Shown: positions 8,736 to 16,485, counted from the first letter of the stretch. The stretch is 37,417 nt of DNA from a virus (IMGVR_UViG_3300045534_000124:1-37417); one strand, 5' to 3'. The notes: a model not told the origin generated them from the letters alone. Numbers and translations are program-made.

Positions 8736-8921
8736 TTAGGGGTTTTCGTCCTTCGCGATCCGGCGTTTCACGCCCTCGCGGATGCGCTCGATGAAGCGTT
8801 TTTCGGTGGGAGTCCGCATCCCGCGTTCGTCCATGAACGACCCGAGAGTTTTGGCGAAGTCCCGCATGTCCTCTCGTGTCGGCACATCGCCCGAAGCCCG
8901 GCGTTTCTTGCGGCGTTTCAT
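8736..8921 (-). CDS. Small basic hypothetical protein
   Basis: 61 aa, ATGA-coupled. Confidence 0.7.
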   Translation of the reverse strand: MKRRKKRRASGDVPTREDMRDFAKTLGSFMDERGMRTPTEKRFIERIREGVKRRIAKDENP

Positions 8922-9163
8922 GCTCTTCGCCAGTATCCCTCTGTGAGCTTGAGCAGCAGCTCAAGCGCGCGCTGGTTGAGGTAGAGCTGAGAGCTGGTCA
9001 TGGATTGGATATGGCTGGCGGCGTCCACCACCTGCTTTTCCATGTCCATCATCGGCCCGGCAATCGCCTCGCGGAGCTCTTGGAGAGCGGAAACGGCCTC
9101 GGCCTTCCCGTTAATCGCATTCACCGTGATTCGGTCGTCCAGCAGCGTCAGGACCTTGTTCAT
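8918..9163 (-). CDS. Hypothetical protein
   Basis: 81 aa, AAGGAGG SD. Confidence 0.78.
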   Translation of the reverse strand: MNKVLTLLDDRITVNAINGKAEAVSALQELREAIAGPMMDMEKQVVDAASHIQSMTSSQLYLNQRALELLLKLTEGYWRRA

Positions 9164-9306
9164 AGGCCCTCCTTTCGCGTGGCGATCGCCAGCAAAAGGG
9201 CAGCAGTGCCACCGAGGAACAAGAGCCCGATCGCCCAGCGGCGCGCCCGGCCAGGGGCCCGCTGATTACTCAGCCAAAGGGGTGTTTTGATGTTGAGAGA
9301 ATTCAT
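9160..9306 (-). CDS. Small membrane protein (48 aa)
   Basis: Manual translation MNSLNIKTPLWLSNQRAPGRARRWAIGLLFLGGTAALLLAIATRKEGL. Fills the gap with ATGA overlaps at both ends. Confidence 0.7.
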   Translation of the reverse strand: MNSLNIKTPLWLSNQRAPGRARRWAIGLLFLGGTAALLLAIATRKEGL

Positions 9307-9686
9307 TCAGGTAAGATGGTGATTTCTATGCGTGGGAATTTGGTGACTCGCGTGAACGTGGGCCGCTCGGGCCACAGGTCTTTGTCGTTTTCGACGATCC
9401 CGGCGTCTGCCAGGCCGTCGATGTAGCTCTTGAGGCTGGCGAGCAGGTTGTCCGGGTCCGGCTGCCGGTTCTTCGGGCCAAGGAACACCGCAGGTTGCAG
9501 TGTGGCCCTCCCCCAGCGGGGCGCCGGGCGCCCGTCGAGCACCCGCAACGCCTCTACTCGGGCCGCCCCCCGGGCTGCCTTGACCATGCGTGCCTTGATC
9601 GCCCAGTGGCTCCGGGCATTCGGCGAAAGACGCCGATCCGGGAGAGGCAACTGGAACGTGAGCGCCTCAAAAAGGGCAGGGCTCAT
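9303..9686 (-). CDS. RusA-like Holliday junction resolvase
   Basis: LSPNAR..HW, PDPDNLLASLKSYIDGLADAGIVEND matches the RusA DxDN..K..D pattern. Confidence 0.85.
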   Translation of the reverse strand: MSPALFEALTFQLPLPDRRLSPNARSHWAIKARMVKAARGAARVEALRVLDGRPAPRWGRATLQPAVFLGPKNRQPDPDNLLASLKSYIDGLADAGIVENDKDLWPERPTFTRVTKFPRIEITILPE

Positions 9687-10056
9687 CGAAAAGGTAGGCG
9701 GCAATTTTGTTGTTCTTGTTGCCGTTGTGTTCCTCGACTTTGAGAGTGGCCCGGAACTCCCAGCCAATCATCTCTTCGCAGTCCAAAGCGAAGTCATGCC
9801 CGGGCCCGGGATGTTTCCCGCAGGCCGCAAGAAACTGGTCGATGCGGTAAAGGCTCTTCTCCGTGAAAGTGAGATACTCGTAGAGCGACACGCCGAGCGT
9901 CCCGTCTTCGTTGACCACCCGCAGCTTGAGCTTGATTTGATCGTTGCCGCTCTTCGATGTCTCCTCGCTGGCGTCCATGACGTTGAGCGTGTAGTCGCCC
10001 GGCGGAACGTGGAATTGAGCCGCTTCTGGCGCCTTGGTTGTGTATGTTAAAGCCAT
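9667..10056 (-). CDS. DUF669-like ssDNA-binding protein
   Basis: VPPGDY..SKSGNDQIKLKL..EEHNG..NKI, in a Sak4 module context. Confidence 0.8.
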   Translation of the reverse strand: MALTYTTKAPEAAQFHVPPGDYTLNVMDASEETSKSGNDQIKLKLRVVNEDGTLGVSLYEYLTFTEKSLYRIDQFLAACGKHPGPGHDFALDCEEMIGWEFRATLKVEEHNGNKNNKIAAYLFDEPCPF

Positions 10057-10140
10057 GTCGTTTGTGTGTTGTTTGTTTTCGGTTTTGGCGCGCGTCTCTC
10101 CGCGCGGTCACGCCTGATTGCCCGGCGTTCGGCGGTTGAT

Positions 10141-11121
10141 TTATTTGCCCGCTTTGGGCTTCCGAATGGTGATGTAGGCCGATCCCGGGCTTTCCATCAC
10201 CGCATCCTCCGGGAAAGGTTTCCCGGGGAGTTTCCTCTGCCAAATCTCGCGTAGTTTCGACTCGCTCATGGGGCCGTATGCCGCCAGCACATCGGCCACC
10301 CCGAGCGCGGACAGGTTGAGCTCCACCACACGCTCCGGCACCTTGCGGCTCCCGCGTTTGGGCGTCAGCGTCACCCCGGCCACCTTCTCACCCTGGATCA
10401 GCCGCGACTTGAGAATCCCGCGCGCCTCATCCGCGAACTCCTCGACGATCCCGGCCCGGGTGACAAACTCCCGCAGCAGCTCGCTTGGGAGCGATTCCAG
10501 GAGCGCCTTCTCCCCGATCTCCACCAGCCCCAGCGACTCCCGCCGGGGCGCGCAGGTGAACCGGTTCGCGCACCACCCGCAATACTCGTTGACCGTGGGC
10601 GGCTCACCCGAGAGACCCTTGGCAATGGCGTTGCGGACGGTCGCCTCGGCAGATTCCCTCGTGAACCGAAGCGTCTCGACCTCGCGCAAGTCGCAGTAGA
10701 GCAGGTAAACCGCCCATTCGTCGGCAAAAGCCCGCTCCATGTAGCCCAGCGCATAAGCGGCCTGTTGCTCCAGGTAGTTGCGTTTCTGTCCGCTCTTGAG
10801 GTCGGCGGACCAAAGGAGCTCTTCACAAAGCAGATCCCCCGTGCCGGGCATTCCCAGTGTCCAGATCTTCAGCGCCTCCTCGTCCGCCTCCAAAGGGCTG
10901 CCGTTGGCCAGCGCCCGCGCCGTGTCCACCGCCCACTGGACCGCCTCAAGCTCCAGCGGATCCAGTGCGCCAGCAGCCTTCCACCCGCCCGCAATGGCGT
11001 CACGAAAAACAACGTCCAGGCGGGTGCCACGTTCCGCAGCCGCCCCAGCGGGCGCGCTTCTGAACTGACCGCACAAGGCCAGCTTTGGGAGGATGGACGG
11101 CCGCAAAAAACCGGTGCTCAT
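10141..11121 (-). CDS. Cas4-like PD-(D/E)xK exonuclease (DUF2800-like)
   Basis: RPS..C, ERGT, GTGD, DLKSG, Q..AYALG, C.WC....C. Confidence 0.85.
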   Translation of the reverse strand: MSTGFLRPSILPKLALCGQFRSAPAGAAAERGTRLDVVFRDAIAGGWKAAGALDPLELEAVQWAVDTARALANGSPLEADEEALKIWTLGMPGTGDLLCEELLWSADLKSGQKRNYLEQQAAYALGYMERAFADEWAVYLLYCDLREVETLRFTRESAEATVRNAIAKGLSGEPPTVNEYCGWCANRFTCAPRRESLGLVEIGEKALLESLPSELLREFVTRAGIVEEFADEARGILKSRLIQGEKVAGVTLTPKRGSRKVPERVVELNLSALGVADVLAAYGPMSESKLREIWQRKLPGKPFPEDAVMESPGSAYITIRKPKAGK

Positions 11122-11276
11122 CGGGATTCCTCCCGTTCCGAGCGGCGCCCTTCGAGAAATCCCTCCGCCGCTCCGACCCTTTCCCCGGCGGCGAACCCGC
11201 TCCGATAGGACGCAATCGCCAGCCAGAGGGATGCCGCAACCAGCAGCGCCCATGAGACAATGCCAACCGCAATCAT
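11118..11276 (-). CDS. Small membrane-anchored protein (52 aa)
   Basis: Manual translation MIAVGIVSWALLVAASLWLAIASYRSGFAAGERVGAAEGFLEGRRSEREESR. GGAGG SD and ATGA overlaps. Confidence 0.7.
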   Translation of the reverse strand: MIAVGIVSWALLVAASLWLAIASYRSGFAAGERVGAAEGFLEGRRSEREESR

Positions 11277-12364
11277 GCTGCCACCTCCTCAACCTTCGCG
11301 GGCGCCGCAACCTTGAGGAACCCGGCAGGGTTCTTGGCGACCCGGGCCGCGTAGGCCTCGGAAACGTCCCGCCATGTCTGGCCGGGCTGGATTTGTTTCT
11401 GTCGGGTCAGATAGGCATTCACCGCGTCCTCATGCGGCGCGCAAACCCGCTCAAGCTCAGCGTTAACGACTTTGGGGGCCGGGTTCTCAACGCCCGGGAT
11501 CTCGTCGTCAGTGTCCGCCGCCGGCGCCGGGATCTCCTCGGGATGCCCCTGGGGCGTCACCCGGTCCGCGTAACGCGGCGCAGGCGCTGCCTTAGGCGCA
11601 GCCTCTGGAATTCCCCACGGAGCCGACGCCGCGCGAAACGCCCGCTCGATCGTCGCAATGTCCCATTTCTCCACCTCGGCGAGTCCGTGGCGGTTCTTTG
11701 CGTCCCAAGCCGCAGCGCGGGTGCAGTGCATGAGCCGTTCCCTCCCGCCGACTCCCTGGAGCTTCCCGCCGTCACGCTCGCGGATCTGGGTTTTCCAGTT
11801 CCCGAAAATCAAGGCGTCCGCCCACTCCTTAATGAGCGGGGCGACGTGTTTGGTCAGCTTGAGCTCGTAGCGGTCATAAGCGCCCTCACCGTCGGGCGGC
11901 TCGAACTTGGTGACCTTGCTGTGAGCGAGCAACACAACGGTGATACCGGCGGAGATGACCGCATCCAGCCGCGAAAGCAGGATGGTCACCCGTTCCTTCA
12001 AGAGCGTGTAGCCCTTGCCGTAGCCGAAATCTTCCACCCCTTTGATTTTGGGAGAGTTGGCGTCGGCCACGATGGCGTCCAATGCCATGGACTCCAGCCA
12101 ATCGACGGTATCGACTACCAAAGTCCCGCAGGGGCGGGCCTTCACAATTTCCGCCAGAGCGGCTTCAACTGCCCGTAGGTCGGGCAAATCTGACCTTTCG
12201 ATGCGGTCAACGTCGAGCTGGGCGGTTGAGCCCTCGACATCGAGGAACAGCGGCGCCGGGAACCGGCTGGCAATGGTCGATTTCCCGAACCCCTCGGGAG
12301 CGTAGATGACGATCTTTTGTGCCCGGCCCTTTTTGCCGGAGCTGATTTTGCTGAGTATTGACAT
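11273..12364 (-). CDS. AAA_24 ATPase (Sak4-like recombinase)
   Basis: IYAPEGFGKST, FLDVEG, VVDTVDWLE, GYGKGY, LLAHS, EWAD, AKNR. Confidence 0.88.
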   Translation of the reverse strand: MSILSKISSGKKGRAQKIVIYAPEGFGKSTIASRFPAPLFLDVEGSTAQLDVDRIERSDLPDLRAVEAALAEIVKARPCGTLVVDTVDWLESMALDAIVADANSPKIKGVEDFGYGKGYTLLKERVTILLSRLDAVISAGITVVLLAHSKVTKFEPPDGEGAYDRYELKLTKHVAPLIKEWADALIFGNWKTQIRERDGGKLQGVGGRERLMHCTRAAAWDAKNRHGLAEVEKWDIATIERAFRAASAPWGIPEAAPKAAPAPRYADRVTPQGHPEEIPAPAADTDDEIPGVENPAPKVVNAELERVCAPHEDAVNAYLTRQKQIQPGQTWRDVSEAYAARVAKNPAGFLKVAAPAKVEEVAA

Positions 12365-12406
12365 GGTGGTGGTGGTGGTTGGTTGGTGGTTTTGCTGGCC
12401 GACTGG

Positions 12407-12580
12407 TCAGCGGAGAAAAGCGGCGAGGAGATCCTCGCGGAATCGCCAGGAGTGCCCGATCTTCCGGGCCCCGGGGAGTTGCCCGGCCCGGGCGAGGCGG
12501 CGGGTGTGATACTCGGAGAACCCGAGCACCTCGGCGGCCTCCGAAAGAGTCAACATGCGGGTGAGCGTAGCCCGGCTCAT
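12407..12580 (-). CDS. Excisionase-like HTH_17 protein (57 aa)
   Basis: Manual translation MSRATLTRMLTLSEAAEVLGFSEYHTRRLARAGQLPGARKIGHSWRFREDLLAAFLR. Confidence 0.88.
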   Translation of the reverse strand: MSRATLTRMLTLSEAAEVLGFSEYHTRRLARAGQLPGARKIGHSWRFREDLLAAFLR

Positions 12581-12759
12581 TTGGCCACCCCCTCAACGGT
12601 GCGGCGGGATGCGGTGGCGAGCGTCGCAAGGCCCAGCTCCACGCAGAGCCGAGCGATGTCTTGCGCGGGGATGCCGGACCGTTCGGAGGCCTTGCGAATC
12701 TTCGCGAGCTGCCGCCCATGCGCCGGGAGTGTCACCGGCTTGGAGTGCGTTCGTGTCAT
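12577..12759 (-). CDS. Ribbon-helix-helix-like regulator (Cro position)
   Basis: KPVTLP strand, helix, SGIPAQDIARLCVELGL. First gene of the early operon. Confidence 0.65.
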   Translation of the reverse strand: MTRTHSKPVTLPAHGRQLAKIRKASERSGIPAQDIARLCVELGLATLATASRRTVEGVAK

Positions 12760-12849
12760 GCGCTGGTCTATACGCGCTGTATAGATTTCGCGGCAAGCAA
12801 TTTGTTTCTAAAAAGTGTTTCTTGTTTCTTTTTGCGCTATCTTGCGCAG
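12760..12849. promoter_or_regulatory. Divergent promoter/operator region
   Basis: AT-rich gap with palindrome TCTATAC-N5-GTATAGA (12767-12785), three TGTTTCT repeats (12803, 12816, 12823), and TGCGC-TATCTT-GCGCA (12833-12848). Confidence 0.7.
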
Positions 12850-13089
12850 ATGAAAACCCAACCACGGCCCCGCAAAAAGACGGACCCGAGCCCAGGCGGG
12901 AAGCCCATTCCGATCCTGCTGCCCGAGAGCCTTTTGCAGCGCATGGACGCTGTGGCCGAGCAGATGGACATGAGCCGCGCCAACATCATGCGCCTCTCCA
13001 TGAAGATCGGCCTAGAGCAGCTCAGTCGCGTGGACTACGACATTGCCCGCCTCGTGGTGGACGCGAACAACCAGCCGCCCGTACTTTGA
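12850..13089 (+). CDS. Ribbon-helix-helix (CopG/Arc-like) regulator, putative repressor
   Basis: PIPILLPESLLQRMDAVAEQMDMSRANIMRLSMKIGL is a typical RHH pattern. Divergent from the early operon. Confidence 0.8.
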   Translation: MKTQPRPRKKTDPSPGGKPIPILLPESLLQRMDAVAEQMDMSRANIMRLSMKIGLEQLSRVDYDIARLVVDANNQPPVL

Positions 13090-13219
13090 TCGACGGAGGA
13101 GGATTCGCCGCAAACGCAGCCAGGATCCGCTCAGCGAGCGCTGCGGGCTCCATGCCGAAGCTGCGCGCCACGGCGGAGAATTCAGGGGAAAGCGGAATGC
13201 AGACGGGGGGGCGGTGCAT
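13022..13219 (-). CDS. Possible small protein, weakly RHH-like
   Basis: MHRPPVCIPLSPEFSAVARSFGMEPAALAERILAAFAANPP. Overlaps the repressor 3' end in antisense. Confidence 0.3.
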   Translation of the reverse strand: MHRPPVCIPLSPEFSAVARSFGMEPAALAERILAAFAANPPPSIKVRAAGCSRPPRGGQCRSPRD

Positions 13220-13287
13220 GTGCGCAAATGAACACAACCCAAAACAAACCTCAACCAAAAGCCGCGCTGTCGTCGCCGGTCGTTGCA

Positions 13288-13401
13288 TGGGCCAAAAACT
13301 TAAGGCCAATAACTAACCCCCTAAAGGGGGGTTATTGGCCTTTTTGGCCTAGCAGGGTCAATAACCCTTCTTGGCCTTATTGGCCTTTCTGGCCTTGGCC
13401 T
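13288..13401. repeat. Origin-like element 2: C/G palindrome plus GGCCA iterons
   Basis: Core GGCCAATAACTAACCCCCTAAAGGGGGGTTATTGGCC (13304-13340) followed by five further TGGCCT copies. Confidence 0.7.
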
Positions 13402-13491
13402 CAAATCGCCAAGATTTCGCAGGCCACCGGGCGGCAATCGCCCCCCGGGCAGCCTTGAAAAATCCCCCGCGTCCATGCACTTTGCTCCCAA

Positions 13492-13611
13492 ATGAAGACC
13501 CTTGACCTTGTGATGCAGTTTATCGGCTTCTTGATCATCGCCTCCTTTCTTGTCCCGGGTGTCCTTGCCGCCATCGGGCTCGTCCGGACGCTGATTTCGT
13601 GGGTGTTTTAA
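13492..13611 (+). CDS. Small hydrophobic membrane peptide (39 aa)
   Basis: Manual translation MKTLDLVMQFIGFLIIASFLVPGVLAAIGLVRTLISWVF. Confidence 0.6.
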   Translation: MKTLDLVMQFIGFLIIASFLVPGVLAAIGLVRTLISWVF

Positions 13612-13656
13612 CGCTGGGTGACCGCGCCACGGCTGCCCGTGGATGCCTCAAAAACA

Positions 13657-13677
13657 TGGCAGCAAACTGGCAACAAA
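13657..13677 (+). repeat. Putative integrase arm-type sites (left pair)
   Basis: TGGCAGCAAACTGGCAACAAA, near-identical to 13867-13887 on the other side of the core. Confidence 0.65.
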
Positions 13678-13701
13678 GCCGCTCTTCAGAGTAAAATGTT
13701 C

Positions 13702-13748
13702 GTTTCGTAAACAGCAGGTCACGGGTTCAAATCCCGTCACTGGCTCCA
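13702..13748 (+). other. attP core: 3' half of tRNA-Thr(CGT)
   Basis: Anticodon loop TTCGTAA, ACAGC, T-arm ACGGG-TTCAAAT-CCCGT, acceptor strand CACTGGC-T-CCA. No D-arm or 5' acceptor strand. Lies next to the integrase. Confidence 0.9.
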
Positions 13749-13866
13749 GTTAAATCACTCTGGAAACCCTGTATTTAAGCGCTTTCCCGGGCGGTTGGCG
13801 CTTCAAGCCGGGAAAAGCCCAATGTGGCATCGTGTTGCTTTTTTGGGCTGTTTGTGGCCTATTTTG

Positions 13867-13887
13867 TGGCAGCAAAGTGGCAACAGA
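13867..13887 (+). repeat. Putative integrase arm-type sites (right pair)
   Basis: TGGCAGCAAAGTGGCAACAGA, just before the int ATG. Confidence 0.65.
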
Positions 13888-13892
13888 TCCCC

Positions 13893-15008
13893 ATGGCTAA
13901 ACCCCTCTTCTCGGTCTCGCAAACGGTGCTCAGAGGGGAACCCGTCTGGGTGGCGTCGGTTTCGCAGCGGGTCACCGGGAAACGGCATCGGCTGTTTGCC
14001 CCATCGAAGGCGGAGGTCACCCGGGCGGCAAACGAGTTTCTTGCGTCCCGGCAGCAGTTTGGGGCGGAGGGACAGATAAACGCCCAGGAACGGGCGTTGC
14101 TGGGCCGGTGGCGGGGACGGCTCACGCTGGATCAGATGGAGCACGCGCTGCGGGTGGAGGCGGAAAAACTGGCAACAAGTGGCAGCAAATCCGTCCTTGA
14201 GGCGGCGGAGCTTTGGTTGGCGGAGCAAAAACCCGGGTGGAAACCCAGGACGCTCACCGGGAACCGGCAGCAAATCGGGATCCTCTGCCGGGAACTGGGG
14301 GGCGTGGCGCTGGCGGATCTCACTCCGGACCAGATCGCCCAGCACATTCGCGCGCGCGGGGCGTCGGCCCGGAATCAGTGGGGCGTCGTCGCGGCGTTTC
14401 TGCGGTGGTGCCGGACGCCCAAGGGGTTCATGTCGGGCAACCCCATGGAGCAGCTGCGGCCGCCCGCGCGGCAAACGAAACGTAAAGAGGTATTCACTCC
14501 GGTGCAGTTGCGGGCGTTGCTGGATGCGTCCCCTGCCCCGTTCCGGCGTCTGATTGCGTTGCAGGCCCTCGCCGGGCTGCGGCACTCGGAGGCGGTGCGC
14601 GCGCAGGTGAAGGACTTGGACGTTGCCCAGGGCATTCTTTATGTGGGCGAGTTAAAGACCAGCGCCCGGGGGCTCCGGGAACGTTATGTGACGCTCCCGC
14701 CGTCGGCGCTGGCGTGGTTGCGGGAGTCCGGGCTCGGGAAAAGCGGGCGGATTGTGGGGGCCAATGAGAGGAACACGCGCCGTTGGCTGGAGGATGCCAA
14801 GGCGGTGGTCGGGGACTGGCCCCACAACGTGCTCAGGCGGTCGTTTGGGTCGCATCATCTCGCGGCGTTTCAGGACGCGGCACGCACGGCGGCGTTGATG
14901 GGGCACACCAGCGCCGAAACCACTTACTCGAAGTATTACCGGGCCATTCCGCAGCCCGTGGGGTCGGCGTGGTTTGATGTGTTCCCAAAAAGCGAAAAGC
15001 CCCGGTGA
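13893..15008 (+). CDS. int: Tyrosine integrase
   Basis: GLRHSE (R), LKT (K), HNVLR, MGHT, KYY catalytic residues. ATG 13893. Confidence 0.94.
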   Translation: MAKPLFSVSQTVLRGEPVWVASVSQRVTGKRHRLFAPSKAEVTRAANEFLASRQQFGAEGQINAQERALLGRWRGRLTLDQMEHALRVEAEKLATSGSKSVLEAAELWLAEQKPGWKPRTLTGNRQQIGILCRELGGVALADLTPDQIAQHIRARGASARNQWGVVAAFLRWCRTPKGFMSGNPMEQLRPPARQTKRKEVFTPVQLRALLDASPAPFRRLIALQALAGLRHSEAVRAQVKDLDVAQGILYVGELKTSARGLRERYVTLPPSALAWLRESGLGKSGRIVGANERNTRRWLEDAKAVVGDWPHNVLRRSFGSHHLAAFQDAARTAALMGHTSAETTYSKYYRAIPQPVGSAWFDVFPKSEKPR

Positions 15009-15061
15009 CTTTCACCGAGGCCAGCGCCGACCGGGTTCTCCCGATCCATTTAGAGACGACC

Positions 15062-15568
15062 CTACACCGTCGGAATGCGGATGAATGAGCCGCAAAAGGA
15101 GAGGCTGCGCCGCTTGACGTAGCACCCATCTCCCTCGCGCGAGCCGTCCTCGTTGGTGTTGCCCTCGATTGTGCAAACACTTCTCCCGTTTAAGCCCGCG
15201 AACCCGGCGACGATGCCGATGTGTGAGAGCCGCGGGAGAAAAATTACGATGTCGCCCCGCTCCGGCATGTAGGTTGCGGACGTGTTGGAAAAGATAATGC
15301 ATCCCGCAGCGCGCGCCCAGGGCAGCCAATCGCGCACGGCGGCAAACCTCGGCGGCACGCGGAGGCGGATCTCAGCGCTTTGCCGGTCGGCTTCCTGGAC
15401 GCAGTAGGAGGCGAAAGCGGAACACCACGGCTCGCGGTTTTTGCCGCCGTCCGGGTAGTTCGTCGCGGCCCAAAACGTGTCGATCCCCGCGAAACGGTTG
15501 GGCGTGGTTTCCCTCAGGCCGATGTGTTTCGCGGCAACGTCGGCGATGATCGCGCGCGGGTTGCTCAT
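15062..15568 (-). CDS. CHAP-domain endolysin
   Basis: PWCSAF, GDIVIF, SHIGIV, TIEGNT. Confidence 0.9.
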   Translation of the reverse strand: MSNPRAIIADVAAKHIGLRETTPNRFAGIDTFWAATNYPDGGKNREPWCSAFASYCVQEADRQSAEIRLRVPPRFAAVRDWLPWARAAGCIIFSNTSATYMPERGDIVIFLPRLSHIGIVAGFAGLNGRSVCTIEGNTNEDGSREGDGCYVKRRSLSFCGSFIRIPTV

Positions 15569-16008
15569 ACCACGGCCCCGAGTTTGGCTTCGCGCGTCGA
15601 TTGGTTTGCCCAGGCGACCCCGCCCGCGATGCGGAGGGTCCGATAAACGGCGGCGATTTTCCACCGGGGGGCGCCGACGGCCTCCATTTGTTCGGCCATC
15701 ACCGCATCACACTGTTGGCGGGTGAGCACACGCCCGGGGATCTCCCCGCGCATCGCATAAAGGAAGTCGTGCGCGAACGCCGGGTAAAGAATGTCCGGGT
15801 CTGAGTTGTCGAGCAGCGCCCACACAGGCCGGGGAACGCTGGCCCCGTCGGTGAGAAACCCGTCGGGGATAACGTGCCGCCCGGCGATTGCCGAATGGCA
15901 GGTGAGATCCCGCTGAAACTCGCCCCACCAGCGGAGGGGCAAGCCACGGGCTAGGATCTCCGCCCTGGGCAACTCGCGAACGATGGCGCTGGACTGGAAT
16001 CCGATCAT
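15565..16008 (-). CDS. DUF1353 family protein
   Basis: IPDGFLTDGASVPR..HDFLY..R..CD motif. Confidence 0.85.
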   Translation of the reverse strand: MIGFQSSAIVRELPRAEILARGLPLRWWGEFQRDLTCHSAIAGRHVIPDGFLTDGASVPRPVWALLDNSDPDILYPAFAHDFLYAMRGEIPGRVLTRQQCDAVMAEQMEAVGAPRWKIAAVYRTLRIAGGVAWANQSTREAKLGAVV

Positions 16009-16009
16009 T

Positions 16010-16219
16010 TTATCCGCCGCAGATGCGGCATGGTTGACATTCGCTCGATGTGCCGAGGCGTCCCCGGCAGTTCTTGAAATAACGGCAGGCTTCGTTGTGA
16101 CGGACCCCGCTGGATGAAATCCAATGGGTTCCAGTGGCTTCGCGGTAACACAGGCGGACGGTGCGGGACACGGGCAGCACCAGGGCGGCCGCCGCGAGCC
16201 ACGGCACCCAGGCTTTCAT
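16010..16219 (-). CDS. Small membrane-anchored or secreted Cys/His-rich protein
   Basis: Hydrophobic N-terminus, then RHNEAC..C..CRICGG. Confidence 0.7.
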   Translation of the reverse strand: MKAWVPWLAAAALVLPVSRTVRLCYREATGTHWISSSGVRHNEACRYFKNCRGRLGTSSECQPCRICGG

Positions 16220-16485
16220 CCCAGTTTTTGGAGCACTTTCTCCATGACGTGCTTCGTTTCGCTCACCACATCGGCCATTCGTTCGGCGAGCTCCCGGTAT
16301 TGCGAGGCGTGTTGGTCCTGTTTCGCCTCCAGCGCCGAGATCCGTTCATCGCGCTGCCGGCCGATGTCGAGCCGCTCTTTGTCGCGTTTCTCGTCCCGTT
16401 TCCAGAGCGCCAGCACCGCCGCCGCCAAAAGCACGGTCGGACCCGCTTCGGAGAGCAGTTGTGTGAACTCCGGGTTGGTGGGCAT
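16216..16485 (-). CDS. Putative holin
   Basis: One N-terminal hydrophobic helix plus a charged coiled coil, at the head of the lysis cluster. Confidence 0.55.
   Translation of the reverse strand: MPTNPEFTQLLSEAGPTVLLAAAVLALWKRDEKRDKERLDIGRQRDERISALEAKQDQHASQYRELAERMADVVSETKHVMEKVLQKLG

Noticed and set aside
10141-11121. CRISPR-Cas system
   Set aside because: The Cas4-like nuclease sits in a Sak4/SSB recombination module. No repeat-spacer array or other cas genes were seen.
13228-13458. 76-aa ORF with WP repeats (YWPFWP..WPYWPFWPWP)
   Set aside because: The repeats are simply the translation of the TGGCC DNA iterons. A DNA-level element homologous to 2255-2358 explains them better.
13702-13748. 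Functional tRNA-Thr gene
   Set aside because: Only the 3' half is present, so it is treated as the attP core.
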